From positions 303,738,001-303,802,000 of the forward strand of contig OZ024742.1 in the NCBI GenBank assembly GCA_964016885.1: a stretch of 64,000 nucleotides of DNA, in the 5' to 3' direction. Positions 1 through 13,347 of this stretch are shown piece by piece. The stretch's first letter is position 1; each line of letters opens with the position of its first letter. Under the pieces are notes generated by a model, which was not told the DNA's origin, made no database searches, and was given only the letters and a program-made list of their open reading frames with translations. The stretch comes from Eledone cirrhosa (taxonomy: Eukaryota). The translations under genes were made by a program, and so were the position numbers.

Positions 1-94
1 TCAATTAAACTGAGTAGTTAGAAACTGTTTGGAGCCCATCGAATGTACTGTACTTGTAATTCAAAAGGTTAGCCTTATCACTCTGAATCTCGCT

Positions 95-330
95 GAAAAC
101 TATGTTAAAGTTAGACATATTTGTGGAATGGCCAGACCCATATATGTTAAGTTCATGACCAGACTGGACTGTTCCATTCCACAATACGCTTTCTCTAGCC
201 ACATACAGATTTTCTCCTGTTTTCTTCACTCAAAAGAATCTTTTTGTATCACACTTACTCTAGATTTGCTCTAGCTAGCATTTGATTTCTCAGACTGTAA
301 GAGACATTGGTCTCCAACAGACCAATGTCT
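95..330 (-). pseudogene. Degraded Tc1/mariner-like transposase fragment
   Basis: Minus-strand frames give KILLSEENRRK then VARESVLW...LNIYGSG, resembling Tc1 KPLLSxxNxxKRLxFAxxHxxW...KFNxFGSDG; stops and frameshifts present. Confidence 0.35.
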
Positions 331-478
331 GTCCTTAGGGCATCAACATATGGTAACTTCGGTCTTCCCCTTTCAGTGTGTCCATGTGTGTGTGTGAGTG
401 TGTAGATATATATATGTGAGTGTGTGTGTAGATATATATATATGTTGTGTGTGTGTATGTGTGTGTTTGTTTGTCTGT

Positions 479-697
479 GTGGATTGGCAGAATCAGTAGA
501 GCGTAGAGAAAATGCTTTGTAGTATTTAGTTAGATCCCTTTTACATTCTGAGCTCAGATACAGTCGACGTTAACTTAGCCTTTCATCGTTACGGGGTCAA
601 TAAAATGAAGTACCAGTAATACACTAGAGTAGATGTAATCGAATTTCTCCCACAAAAAAATGTTGGCCGTCTAACTGAATCAGAAACGATTATTATT
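479..697 (+). mobile_element. tRNA-derived SINE, family A (Meta-domain-like core), diverged copy
   Basis: GGATTGGCAG head, AGCCTTTCATCGTTACGGGGTCAATAAAATGAAGTACCAG core and (ATT)n tail; matches copies at 34695 and 54095. Confidence 0.7.
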
Positions 698-793
698 GGC
701 ATCCATCGATCTCGATAGGCCATGAATTGGCACCTGAAGAATTTTGTGTCAGGTGCTGATGGCGATGTAGTGTCCGCTGTGACTGTACAGGTC
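690..793 (-). mobile_element. 3' end of an RTE-clade LINE (zinc-finger tail and 3'UTR)
   Basis: Minus strand reads DLYSHSGHYIAIST* (stop 749-751), then CATGGCCTATCGAGATCGATGGATGCC and an (AAT)n tail, like RTE 3' ends. Confidence 0.55.
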
Positions 794-3700
794 TGCAGTG
801 GAGTGACAGTACTACTGTGACTGTAGAGGTCTACAGTGGAGTGACAGTACTACTGTGACTGTAGAGGTCTACAGTGGAGTGACAGTTCTACTGTGACTGT
901 AGAGGTCTACAGTGGAGTGACAGTACTACTGTGGCTGTAAAGGTCTACAGGCGAGTGAGAGTACTACTGTGGCTGTACAGGTCTACAGTGGAGTGACAGT
1001 ACTACTGTGACTGTACAGGTCTGCAGTGGAGTGACAGTACTACTGTGGCTGTACAGGTCTACAGTGGAGTGACAGTACTACTGTGGCTGTACAGGTCTAC
1101 AGTGGAGTGACAGTACTACTGTGGCTGTACAGGTCTACAGTGGAGTGAGAGTACTACTGTGACTGTACAGGTCTACAGTAGAGTGACAGTACTACTGTGA
1201 CTGTACAGGTCTACAGTGGAGTGAGAGTACTACTGTGACTGTACAGGTCTGCAGTGGAGTGACAGTACTACTGTGACTGTACAGGCCTACAGTGGAGTGA
1301 CAGTACTACTGTGACTGTACAGGTCTGCAGTGGAGTGACAGTACTACTGTGACTGTACAGGTCTACAGTGGAGTGACAGTACTACTGTGGCTGTACAGGT
1401 CTACAGTGGAGTGACAGTACTACTGTGGCTGTACAGGTCTGCAGTGGAGTGACAGTACTACTGTGACTGTACAGGCCTACAGTGGAGTGACAGTACTACT
1501 GTGACTGTACAGGTCTGCAGTGGAGTGACAGTACTACTGTGACTGTACAGGTCTACAGTGGAGTGACAGTACTACTGTGGCTGTACAGGTCTACAGTGGA
1601 GTGACAGTACTACTGTGACTGTACAGGTCTACAGTGGAGTGAGAGTACTACTGTGGCTGTACAGGTCTACAGTGGAGTGACAGTACTACTGTGGCTGTAC
1701 AGGTCTACAGTGGAGTGACAGTACTACTGTGACTGTACAGGTCTGCAGTGGAGTGAGAGTACTACTGTGACTGTACAGGTCTACAGTAGAGTGACAGTAC
1801 TACTGTGACTGTACAGGTCTACAGTGGAGTGACAGTACTACTGTGACTGTAGAGGTCTACAGTGGAGTGACAGTACTACTGTGGCTGTAAAGGTCTACAG
1901 GCGAGTGAGAGTACTACTGTGGCTGTACAGGTCTACAGTGGAGTGACAGTACTACTGTGACTGTACAGGTCTACAGTGGAGTGACAGTACTACTGTGACT
2001 GTACAGGTCTGCAGTGGAGTGACAGTACTACTGTGGCTGTACAGGTCTACAGTGGAGTGACAGTACTACTGTGGCTGTACAGGTCTACAGTGGAGTGACA
2101 GTACTACCGTGGCTGTACAGGTCTACAGTGGAGTGAGAGTACTACTGTGACTGTACAGGTCTACAGTAGAGTGACAGTACTACTGTGACTGTACAGGTCT
2201 GCAGTGGAGTGACAGTACTACTGTGACTGTACAGGTCTACAGTGGAGTGACAGTACTACTGTGACTGTACAGGTCTGCAGTGGAGTGACAGTACTACTGT
2301 GACTGTACAGGTCTACAGTGGAGTGACAGTACTACTGTGGCTGTACAGGTCTACAGTGGAGTGACAGTACTACTGTGACTGTACAGGTCTACAGTGGAGT
2401 GAGAGTACTACTGTGGCTGTACAGGTCTACAGTGGAGTGACAGTACTACTGTGGCTGTACAGGTCTACAGTGGAGTGAGAGTACTACTGTGGCTGTACAG
2501 GTCTACAGTGGAGTGACAGTACTACTGTGGCTGTACAGGTCTACAGTGGAGTGACAGTACTACTGTGACTGTACAGGTCTACAGTGGAGTGAGAGTACTA
2601 CTGTGACTGTACAGGTCTACAGTAGAGTGACAGTACTACTGTGACTGTACAGGTCTACAGTGGAGTGACAGTACTACTGTGACTGTACAGGTCTGCAGTG
2701 GAGTGACAGTACTACTGTGACTGTACAGGTCTACAGTGGAGTGACAGTACTACTGTGGCTGTACAGGTCTTCAGTGGAGTGACAGTACTACTGTGGCTGT
2801 ACAGGTCTACAGTGGAGTGACAGTACTACTGTGACTGTACAGGTCTACAGTGGAGTGAGAGTACTACTGTGACTGTACAGGTCTACAGTAGAGTGACAGT
2901 ACTACTGTGACTGTACAGGTCTGCAGTGGAGTGACAGTACTACTGTCACTGTACAGGTCTACAGTGGAGTGACAGTACTACTGTGACTGTACAGGTCTGC
3001 AGTGGAATGACAGTACTACTGTGACTGTACAGGTCTACAGTAGAGTGACAGTACTACTGTGACTGTACAGGTCTGCAGTGGAGTGACAGTACTACTGTGA
3101 CTGTACAGGTCTACAGTGGAGTGACAGTACTACTGTGGCTGTACAGGTCTACACTTGAGTGACAGTACTACTGTGACTGTACAGGTCTACAGGGGAGTGA
3201 CAGTACTACTGTGACTGTACAGGTCTACAGTGGAGTGACAGTACTACTGTGACTGTACAGGTCTACAGTGGAGTGACAGTACTACTGTGGCTGTACAGGT
3301 CTACAGTGGAGTGAGAGTACTACTGTGACTGTACAGGTCTACACTTGAGTGACAGTACTACTGTGACTGTACAGGTCTACAGTGGAGTGACAGTACTACT
3401 GTGACTGTACAGGTCTGCAGTGGAGTGACAGTACTACTGTGACTGTACAGGTCTACAGTGGAGTGACAGTACTACTGTGGCTGTACAGGTCTACAGTGGA
3501 GTGACAGTACTACTGTGGCTGTACAGGTCTACAGTGGAGTGACAGGAATAATGTGGCTGTACAGGTCTACAGTGGAGTGACAGTACTACTGTGACTGGAC
3601 AGGTCTACAGTGGAGTGAGAGTACTACTGTGACTGTACAGGTCTACAGTAGAGTGACAGTACTACTGTGACTGTACAGGTCTACAGTGGAGTGACAGTAC

Positions 3701-6700
3701 TACTGTGACTGTACAGGTCTGCAGTGGAGTGACAGTACTACTGTGACTGTACAGGTCTACAGTGGAGTGACAGTACTACTGTGACTGTACAGGTCTGCAG
3801 TGGAGTGACAGTACTACTGTGACTGTACAGGTCTACAGTGGAGTGACAGTACTACTGTGGCTGTACAGGTCTACAGTGGAGTGACAGTACTACTGTGGCT
3901 GTACAGGTCTACAGTGGAGTGACAGTACTACTGTGACTGTACAGGTCTACAGTGGAGTGAGAGTACTACTGTGACTGTACAGGTCTACAGTAGAGTGACA
4001 GTACTACTGTGACTGTACAGGTCTACAGTGGAGTGACAGTACTACTGTGACTGTACAGGTCTACAGTGGAGTGACAGTACTACTGTGACTGTACAGGTCT
4101 GCAGTGGAGTGACAGTACTACTGTGACTGTACAGGTCTACAGTGGAGTGACAGTACTACTGTGGCTGTACAGGTCTACAGTGGAGTGACAGTACTACTGT
4201 GGCTGTACAGGTCTACAGTGGAGTGACAGTACTACTGTGACTGTACAGGTCTACAGTCGAGTGAGATTACTACTGTGACTGTACAGGTCTACAGTAGAGT
4301 GACAGTACTACTGTGACTGTACAGGTCTACAGTGGAGTGACAGTACTACTGTGACTGTACAGGTCTGCAGTGGAGTGACAGTACTACTGTGACTGTACAG
4401 GTCTACAGTGGAGTGACAGTACTACTGTGGCTGTACAGGTCTACAGTGGAGTGACAGTACTACTGTGGCTGTACAGGTCTACAGTGGAGTGACAGTACTA
4501 CTGTGACTGTACAGGTCTACAGTGGAGTGAGAGTACTACTGTGACTGTACAGGTCTACAGTAGAGTGACAGTACTACTGTGACTGTACAGGTCTGCAGTG
4601 GAGTGACAGTACTACTGTCACTGTACAGGTCTACAGTGGAGTGACAGTACTACTGTGACTGTACAGGTCTGCAGTGGAATGACAGTACTACTGTGACTGT
4701 ACAGGTCTACAGTAGAGTGACAGTACTACTGTGACTGTACAGGTCTGCAGTGGAGTGACAGTACTACTGTGACTGTACAGGTCTACAGTGGAGTGACAGT
4801 ACTACTGTGGCTGTACAGGTCTACACTTGAGTGACAGTACTACTGTGACTGTACAGGTCTACAGGGGAGTGACAGTACTACTGTGACTGTACAGGTCTAC
4901 AGTGGAGTGACAGTACTACTGTGACTGTACAGGTCTACAGTGGAGTGACAGTACTACTGTGGCTGTACAGGTCTACAGTGGAGTGAGAGTACTACTGTGA
5001 CTGTACAGGTCTACACTTGAGTGACAGTACTACTGTGACTGTACAGGTCTACAGTGGAGTGACAGTACTACTGTGACTGTACAGGTCTGCAGTGGAGTGA
5101 CAGTACTACTGTGACTGTACAGGTCTACAGTGGAGTGACAGTACTACTGTGGCTGTACAGGTCTACAGTGGAGTGACAGTACTACTGTGGCTGTACAGGT
5201 CTACAGTGGAGTGACAGTACTACTGTGACTGTACAGGTCTACAGTGGAGTGAGAGTACTACTGTGACTGTACAGGTCTACAGTAGAGTGACAGTACTACT
5301 GTGACTGTACAGGTCTACAGTGGAGTGACAGTACTACTGTGACTGTACAGGTCTGCAGTGGAGTGACAGTACTACTGTGACTGTACAGGTCTACAGTGGA
5401 GTGACAGTACTACTGTGACTGTACAGGTCTGCAGTGGAGTGACAGTACTACTGTGACTGTACAGGTCTACAGTGGAGTGACAGTACTACTGTGGCTGTAC
5501 AGGTCTACAGTGGAGTGACAGTACTACTGTGGCTGTACAGGTCTACAGTGGAGTGACAGTACTACTGTGACTGTACAGGTCTACAGTGGAGTGAGAGTAC
5601 TACTGTGACTGTACAGGTCTACAGTAGAGTGACAGTACTACTGTGACTGTACAGGTCTACAGTGGAGTGACAGTACTACTGTGACTGTACAGGTCTGCAG
5701 TGGAGTGACAGTACTACTGTGACTGTACAGGTCTACAGTGGAGTGACAGTACTACTGTGGCTGTACAGGTCTACAGTGGAGTGACAGTACTACTGTGGCT
5801 GTACAGGTCTACAGTGGAGTGACAGTACTACTGTGACTGTACAGGTCTACAGTGGAGTGAGAGTACTACTGTGACTGTACAGGTCTACAGTAGAGTGACA
5901 GTACTACTGTCACAGTACAGGTCTACAGTGGAGTGACAGTACTACTGTGACTGGACAGGTCTGCAGTGGAATGACAGTACTACTGTGACTGTACAGGTCT
6001 ACAGTAGAGTGACAGTACTACTGTGACTGTACAGGTCTGCAGTGGAGTGACAGTACTACTGTGACTGTACAGGTCTACAGTGGAGTGACAGTACTACTGT
6101 GACTGTACAGGTCTACACTTGAGTGACAGTACTACTGTGACTGTACAGGTCTACACTTGAGTGACAGTACTACTGTGACTGTACAGGTCTACAGGGGAGT
6201 GACAGTACTACTGTGACTGTACAGGTCTGCAGTGGAGTGACAGTACTACTGTGACTGTACAGGTCTACAGGGGAGTGACAGTACTACTGTGACTGTACAG
6301 GTCTACAGTAGAGTGACAGTACTACTGTGACTGTACAGGTCTGCAGTGGAGTGACAGTACTACTGTGACTGTACAGGTCTACAGTGGAGTGACAGTACTA
6401 CTGTGACTGTACAGGTCTACAGGGGAGTGACAGTACTACTGTGACTGTACAGGTCTACAGTGGAGTGACAGTACTACTGTGACTGTACAGGTCTACAGTG
6501 GAGTGACAGTACTACTGTGGCTGTACAGGTCTACAGGGGAGTGAGAGTACTACTGTGACTGTACAGGTCTACACTTGAGTGACAGTACTACTGTGACTGT
6601 ACAGGTCTACAGGGGAGTGAGAGTACTACTGTGACTGTACAGGTCTACAGGGGAGTGAGAGTACTACTGTGACTGACAGTACTACTGTGACTGTACAGGC

Positions 6701-6853
6701 TACAGTAGAGTGACAGTACTACTGTGGCTGTACAGGTCTACAGTAGAGTGACAATACTACTGTGAGTGTACAGGTCTACAGTGGAGTGACAATAATACTG
6801 TGGCTGTACAGGTCTACAGTGGAGTGACAGTACTACTGTGACTGTACAGGTCT
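777..6853. repeat. 38-bp minisatellite, ~160 copies, with higher-order repeats
   Basis: Unit CTGTGACTGTACAGGTCTACAGTGGAGTGACAGTACTA; rare variants recur at 950 bp (25 units) and 1672 bp (44 units). Confidence 0.97.
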
Positions 6854-7120
6854 TCAGTCTGAGATCTCAGTCTTCAAAAACAATTTTCTAATTGTTTCCT
6901 ACTGGAATGAAGCTATCTACACATACCTTTAGACATGTTCTTACCTCACAGCAATTTAACTTATTTTAATTTCCTCTTAGTTACTATTGCTGAGACACAC
7001 CTCAAGTGGTCTCTTCGAATTTTAATGATTACGTAATCATATGCATTGATGCATGTGACACATATGGACGCATACATACATGCTTACACACACACATGCG
7101 CGCATATATATATAATGAAC

Positions 7121-7170
<50 letters not shown>

Positions 7171-7173
<3 letters not shown>

Positions 7174-7802
7174 TAAAAATCGACCGAGAAACAAGAATGT
7201 CCGTCATCAGTAGCCTGCTGTTTATCAATTGGTATTTCTTCGCATTAAAGACTAGACACCTAAAATCAGTGCGAGCGATAACTAAATTAAGTTATCGGGA
7301 CAGAGGAAAAACAGAGGAAAGGAAAACAACAACATGGTTGTAATGCAACGCAAAGAGAGGAAAAGAGAGACAAGTCAATGAATATTGTGGGCTTAAGTCC
7401 GAAAAATGAAATGACGAGAACAGACGCGTCCGAGCCTCGAGAAAAGTGAGAGAGGAAAGAATAATTCACGCAGGTCAGGCGGGTGGAAGTGAGAGAGGAG
7501 GAGTAGCAGAGAGTGAGTGAGTGAAAGTGTGAGGAAGGGGCCAGCCGAGAGTGAGTGACCAGCAGCGGGAGTGGAGGAAAGCAAGAGGTGAAGGAGAGAG
7601 AAGGGGGAGAGAGAAAGAGGAGAGCAGTAAGGTGACAGAAAAAATACGAACCACAGCGAAGGGAAAAAATATATGTGAATGAAAAATGGTGTGCTGCGTT
7701 GTTGCGAATATGAACATATGAATAAAAATAGACCGAGAAACAAGAATGTCCGTCATCAGTAGTCTGCTGATTATCATTGGTATTTCTTCGCATTAAAGAC
7801 TA
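7171..7802. mobile_element. Non-coding element with ~84-bp terminal direct repeats, inserted in (TA)n (pseudo-LTR-like)
   Basis: 7171-7254 matches 7720-7802; (TA)n on both sides. Confidence 0.6.
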
Positions 7803-7818
7803 TATACATATATATACA

Positions 7819-7919
<101 letters not shown>

Positions 7920-8137
7920 GACGGCGATGAATTTGTTTTGCGAGGTTTTTGATATGAAATCGTGTGTCGAAACAAATATTGTTATACTTGTAGAGGGTCA
8001 TGTTTTAATAATATTGCCAGAAATAATAACAGAACACACTCACTGTTTGGTTGGTTTTCGCTTCTGTATCTTTTATATCTCCACAGTTAATTCATTCGAT
8101 CCTCAATGTTTACCATTGACTAACCAACGGTCAAAAA

Positions 8138-8175
8138 TGTTCTTTCGTTGCACATCTGCAACATCAGCAGTGTTA
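8138..8175 (-). ncRNA. Degenerate type I hammerhead motif in PLE 3' repeat
   Basis: TAACA CTGCTGA T GTTGCA GATG TGCAAC GAAAGAAC; A6 mutated and 3' strand of stem I deleted. Confidence 0.5.
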
Positions 8176-8594
8176 CTATTATGTTCCTCCTGTTGTATTG
8201 TATATCTACGCCATCTTTATTTTATCTGTTTATTTATTTATTTTTGTCTTCTCTGCGCATGCGTTTGCGTGTGTGTATAATGTTTGGTGTGTGTTCGCCT
8301 TTGGGTGACACCGTTTTGATTATTGTATTCTATCTTAGTTTATTAGTGTGTGTTTATATGTGTTTGTTGTTATTGTGCTTGTGTATATATTTATTTATTT
8401 ATTTATTTATTTATATTTCTTTTAAGTCAGTATTGTTTATTTGGGTGTTGTTATTCCATTCATTTTTTATGTTTAGCTTTGGCCTTCTAAGCTATATTTC
8501 GCTTGCCTCTCTGATTTAGCTATCTGCTGGGTCATTTCTATGTTTAGATATTATTTTAATTTCTATGTTGTCTATGTTACCGTCATGGTGTTGT

Positions 8595-9930
8595 CTAGCG
8601 TGTTCGTGTAGTACTGAACCGTTTTTTCGACCTTTTAATTTCCCCACAGTTTTGGCCTATCCTTTCTACTATGCTACGAGCTGTCTCGCCTATGTATGTT
8701 GTTGTCATATTTCTGCAAGTACACTCTGTACATCTTATGCTATAGACTACATTTCTAGTTTTACAGTTTATCCGGGGTTTTACAATACATATAATACCTT
8801 TCCTATTAGTACAGTGGGTTTTCTTAAAAGGGTATGTTGTGCTGATCGGGGATTTTATGGTAGTTCCTGGCTTTTCTACCACTTTAATCTTTAAGTGGGT
8901 CTTTCTCGGTGCCTTTCTACACTGGTTAGCTAATTTCCCTCCAGGGGTAGCGTCCAAGAACATGACACTCTGGTATCTCTGGTTGTCGTACCATGAGGTG
9001 GCTTTCCCTATCTCATGTTTAGTCCTATCTAAGCTATTTCATGATTTGCTCCTGTATAATGGGCAAATTCCTTTCATGTCCAGTTCTATTAGGGTCTTAT
9101 ACTTCTCCGAGGCTCCTTCGTACACTCTGATTCTGTCTCTTTGGTTGTAGCCAGAGAACTGCATGCGCTTGATGAAGTGTTGGATGTGTCTTTCCATTTC
9201 TGTTGGGTCGCATATGCGGGACACGTTCTTCATCACTCCTACCAAGTCTGCGATCAGAATATTAAACTTAGCACTACTGGACAATGCTGAGTTTTTGAGT
9301 ATCAGGTATTTGGAGGCCATGGATTTAGCGTAGTGTGATTGGAGAATTTGGGCCCTCTCGTGTAGAGTGTTAATCCAGAGTTCCGTGTCTAATACAGGTA
9401 GTCTAGTTTGGAAGGGTAGTCGATAGTTACAGTTATACTCTGGTGTATGGAATTAGCTATCTGCTGGATGCTTTCCATTGTGCTACATTCTAAATCAAAC
9501 TTGTTAGTACTCTCTTGTGGGGGTGGCCTTATTACTATATTAATATCGTCTAAATAACGAGAGTACATAATGCGATCTATGGAGCTCTCATCAAGGAGAT
9601 CTTTGAGTCTCCTTTCCCACCATACCATAAAAAGGTTGGCAACGTCACCAACTATGCTGACGCCAATGGCTGCTCCCTCATTTTGGGTGTAGATCTTCTC
9701 GTTGAATTTGAATGTGTGGCCCTTTAGGGTAGTTTTAATACTAGCTCCTATTGCATGCGCGACCATTTTTCTTACCTGATCATTGTTTTGGGGTGTCCGT
9801 ATGGCTTTGTTCCACCCGATCCACCTTCCCATGGGAGTCTTTTTTGCCATTGAGGTTATGGTGGGAGGGGGGGGGTTCTACCTCTTATGGGTCTACTGGG
9901 GCTAAGGCCATGGCTGTCTAGGTAGTCGGT
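8595..9930 (-). pseudogene. Penelope-like RT plus C-terminal GIY-YIG endonuclease, disrupted (possibly Nematis-type)
   Basis: YTQNEGAAIG..VANLFMVWW, RYLDD, LPVLD and NVVYSIRC..C...YIGETARS..ER motifs; frameshift near 9400; in-frame TGA at 9039-9041. Confidence 0.88.
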
Positions 9931-10012
9931 TCATAAGTAAGTCTAAGTAAATAAATAAACAGATAAAATAAAGATGGCGTAGATATACAATACAACAGGA
10001 GGAACATAATAG

Positions 10013-10056
10013 TACCACTGATGATGTTGCAGATGTGCAACGAGAGAACTTTGTTA
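10013..10056 (+). ncRNA. Type I hammerhead motif in the inverted PLE repeat, one core mutation
   Basis: TACCA CTGATGA T GTTGCA GATG TGCAAC GAGAG AA CT T TGTTA. Confidence 0.6.
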
Positions 10057-10297
10057 AACTATATATATGTGTTTATATCTATATTATATCTGTATTTTTG
10101 ACCGTTGGTCAGTCGATGGTAAACATTGAGGACCGAATGAATTAACTGTAGAGATATAAAAGATACAGAAGCGAAAACCAACCAAACAGTCAGTGTGTTC
10201 TGTTATTAATTCTGGCATTATTTTTACAACAATATGACCCTCCCCAAGTATAACAATATATATATATATATGTTGCTACCAAAGCCATCTTTATCTT

Positions 10298-10337
<40 letters not shown>

Positions 10338-11500
10338 ATAAGAAAGACGCCTTCGGTTCTAGCATACTCATTGCAAAACACAACCACATAAACTGCACAT
10401 TTCGCATATAAATCTACATTGCACGCCATTTATCCCTCGGACACTCTGCTTCTCCACGCCTCCCCACACAGCATAACCCATCTATTACTGCCGACAAGTG
10501 CAAAAACTCTGATTACTCTAATTGAAACAGTCAGACCCCAAACCGTCTTTTCCTATACCTTCAAACATTTTCCCAGGAATTCTCTCTCTCTTTCTCTCTC
10601 TCAATGCCTTTTTCTCTCTCTCAATATCTTTCTCTCTCTCGTTCTCCCTCTTCACTCTCTCTCGCTCTCTTTCTCTCCATGGGACCTAGATAGAGTTTGA
10701 TTTGGGAAAGATACTGTAGTTACGCCTAGAATGGTGATCAATCACGTAGAGTATCCTGAATTTTTAGTAGATCCATTTATTGTGTTAAAACTCTTCGCAT
10801 GAAATATATATTCTGAACCTCACTTTATCTCTAGATGCATATACTTTTGTAGTCACGTGATAGCGGTCCTGTTCTTGAGAAAGGAAACATATTTGACTTT
10901 GCAAACTACCACAATGACACCCCACTTATAACATTTCAAAAGAAATGAAATCGGTCAAATATTATCAGCTCCTTAATTGAAATGTCGAGTTGGAAATATA
11001 AACTATAATAAAGGAAGGTCTGCGGGACTGCGTAGGGTTTATAGTTTTTTATCCCGTTAGTAAATAAGTTGGATTACTTTGAATAAATAATGAATGAATG
11101 TTACATAATTTATCTACTAAATTTCGTAAACAAAAATAATTTCGTAAAAATAAATAATTTAAAATTGACTTCTTTTCAAAGTTGCACTTCCGGTATAACG
11201 TTGCCACCACCACCACTTCGACTACCATATATATAGAAAGAGAGAGTGTGTGATGTCAACACTTCCGGTGGCGATCACTTAAATAAATATACTAATTTTC
11301 TGTCACTAATTTTCTCCTAATGCAGTTTATATATAATATCGTCTTTTTTTAATGTATCATGGATTACGTTACTGATTACATATGACAGTGTAACAACGTC
11401 TTCGTTCAATTTCTGTTTATATTGTCAATTACGATTTTATTTGATGTATCATATCTACATGTATATATACTTGCGTATATCAATATACACACTACACATG

Positions 11501-11538
11501 CTAGCAGAAAACCACCCGAAGGGTGGTTTTTCTGCTAG
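11501..11538. repeat. Short near-perfect hairpin
   Basis: CTAGCAGAAAACCACCC GAA GGGTGGTTTTTCTGCTAG. Confidence 0.8.
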
Positions 11539-12127
11539 TTACCATAATACATTTCTTAAATCACACTCTGCTGTCTAAAAAAAAGAAAGAAAACGCCTTC
11601 GATAATATATTTTGTTGAAAGGAGGAAAGTCACCATAGGATCAACTTTCATGATGTCTACTCTATCAGGATTAAACAACAATATAAACAGCTGGTTCTCA
11701 CAGTGCCTTCACGAAACAGATGTAATTCTTCCGTAGAAACCCATCGATCGGTTAGTTTCTCTTTCGTCGTCCCAACTATTGGCCTCAAACAGTTAAATGA
11801 TTGTATGTAAGTAACTCAGTTTCCCTTGTTATGTGACGGATAAGCATGGAATATATGTTTCTTACGGTGGGCAACGTCTAGTAATGTTGCACAGATGAAA
11901 ATAATTAAATATTTTTAATTTTTCAAATGTCAAAGCGTTTATACAAAATGAATTAATGTATACTAATTTTGAAACCCGTACCTTCTGATTGAGTCGTACG
12001 GCCTCTTAGTATCATACTTATGCACTTTCTGAACCTGTTGGTTCACATCACCTCTCAAGATCTGAACACAGCCAATTTTATCTAGAGAAAGCGAGAGAAA
12101 ATGAAAGGAGAAACGACTGCAGATCAG

Positions 12128-12269
12128 AAATGGTACTTTATATGGAGCACGAAAGGATGGAACGCAAAGTTGACATCAGTGGATTTTGAACAAAGTGCCT
12201 AGAGAGCTGTAACATTTGCTGCAAAGAATTCTGTACCATGTTCTAGCGCCTTTGCTAATTTGCCGCCTG
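12128..12269 (-). mobile_element. SINE family A, diverged
   Basis: GGTACTTTA...AAGGATGGAACGCAAAGTTGAC...TTTGAAC, antisense to the family core. Confidence 0.55.
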
Positions 12270-12451
12270 AAATTCTATAAATATTTTCCTATATTCGTTT
12301 GCTTGTTTCAAGTGTAATGAATGTTCGTGCTCGGGAATAACCTGAATTTAACAGTACTTAATTTATTGGTATTTTTGTCGAACCACTAATTTAGGGATTA
12401 TATATACATGGGAGTCACAAACATGCACACAACCCAATACACACATACACA

Positions 12452-12741
12452 CGGGGGCCTTGTTTAACGGGGGCACCAGGGGACAAGTCCCCCAACCCCA
12501 CTTTTTCAGGAACAGGGACAAACCATCTTTTCTTTTTTGGTTATTTGATATAGCAAATTCTTTGAAAGCTTATTTTGTTATATCTGAACTTCATTTGAAT
12601 ATATAAAATTTAATTAGCGTAACATTTTATTTATGTGATAGGGTCCGGGAAAGGCACCATAAGCAATACTAACATGCTCCTTTAAGAATGAATAAATGTT
12701 GGTTTGCCTCCCTCATATTTTTAAGACAAACGAGCACCCTG
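12452..12741. mobile_element. Possible MITE with imperfect terminal inverted repeats
   Basis: Ends CGGGGGCCTTGTTT and AAACGAGCACCCTG are imperfectly complementary; inserted in (CA)n. Confidence 0.35.
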
Positions 12742-13059
12742 CACACACATATATATAAGTATATACACCACTGTTTTTGCGGTTTCCGTTGGACAAATTC
12801 CAATCAAAGAGTTTTAGTATAGCAGAGGGTAAGGACATTTGTCCAATGTACTCTGCAACGGGACTGAACCATGAAGTACCAACTACAAAACAAACTCTTC
12901 AACTTTCAAGGAAAATTTTATATCGTGCAAATGTTATAAATATTTGCTCTTAATTCTTAAATTACGCTATGTACCGGTGTTTCCACATGTCTGTACGGGG
13001 AGTGTGTGAGGGAGAGAAAAGGAGGGACGGTGGAGATAGATTCATAAAGCGAAAACTAT

Positions 13060-13311
13060 CTGTGTGTATGTGTGTGTATGTCTTCGTGTGTGTGTGTGTG
13101 TGTGTGTGTGTATGTCTTCGTGTGTGTGTTTGTTCGTGCGTGTGTGTGTTCGTGTGTGTGTGTGTGTGTGTGTGTCTGTGTATGTCTTCGTGTGTGTGTA
13201 TGTGTATGTCTTCGTGTGTGTGTGTGTGTGTGTGTCTTCGTGTGTGTGTGTGTATGTCTTCGTGTGTGTGTGTGTCTGTGTGTATGTCTTCGTGTGTGTG
13301 TGGGAATGTCT

Positions 13312-13347
<36 letters not shown>

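Noticed and set aside
777-6853. CRISPR array
   Set aside because: Units are contiguous with no unique spacers, no cas genes, and the context is eukaryotic
9039-9041. Selenocysteine read-through of the in-frame TGA in the PLE ORF
   Set aside because: It falls where Trp is expected (PLYRxKxW), so TGG>TGA decay is simpler; the ORF also has a frameshift, the endonuclease is C-terminal (not Naiad-type), and the 3'UTR ATGA..GA hairpin fits a hammerhead better than a SECIS
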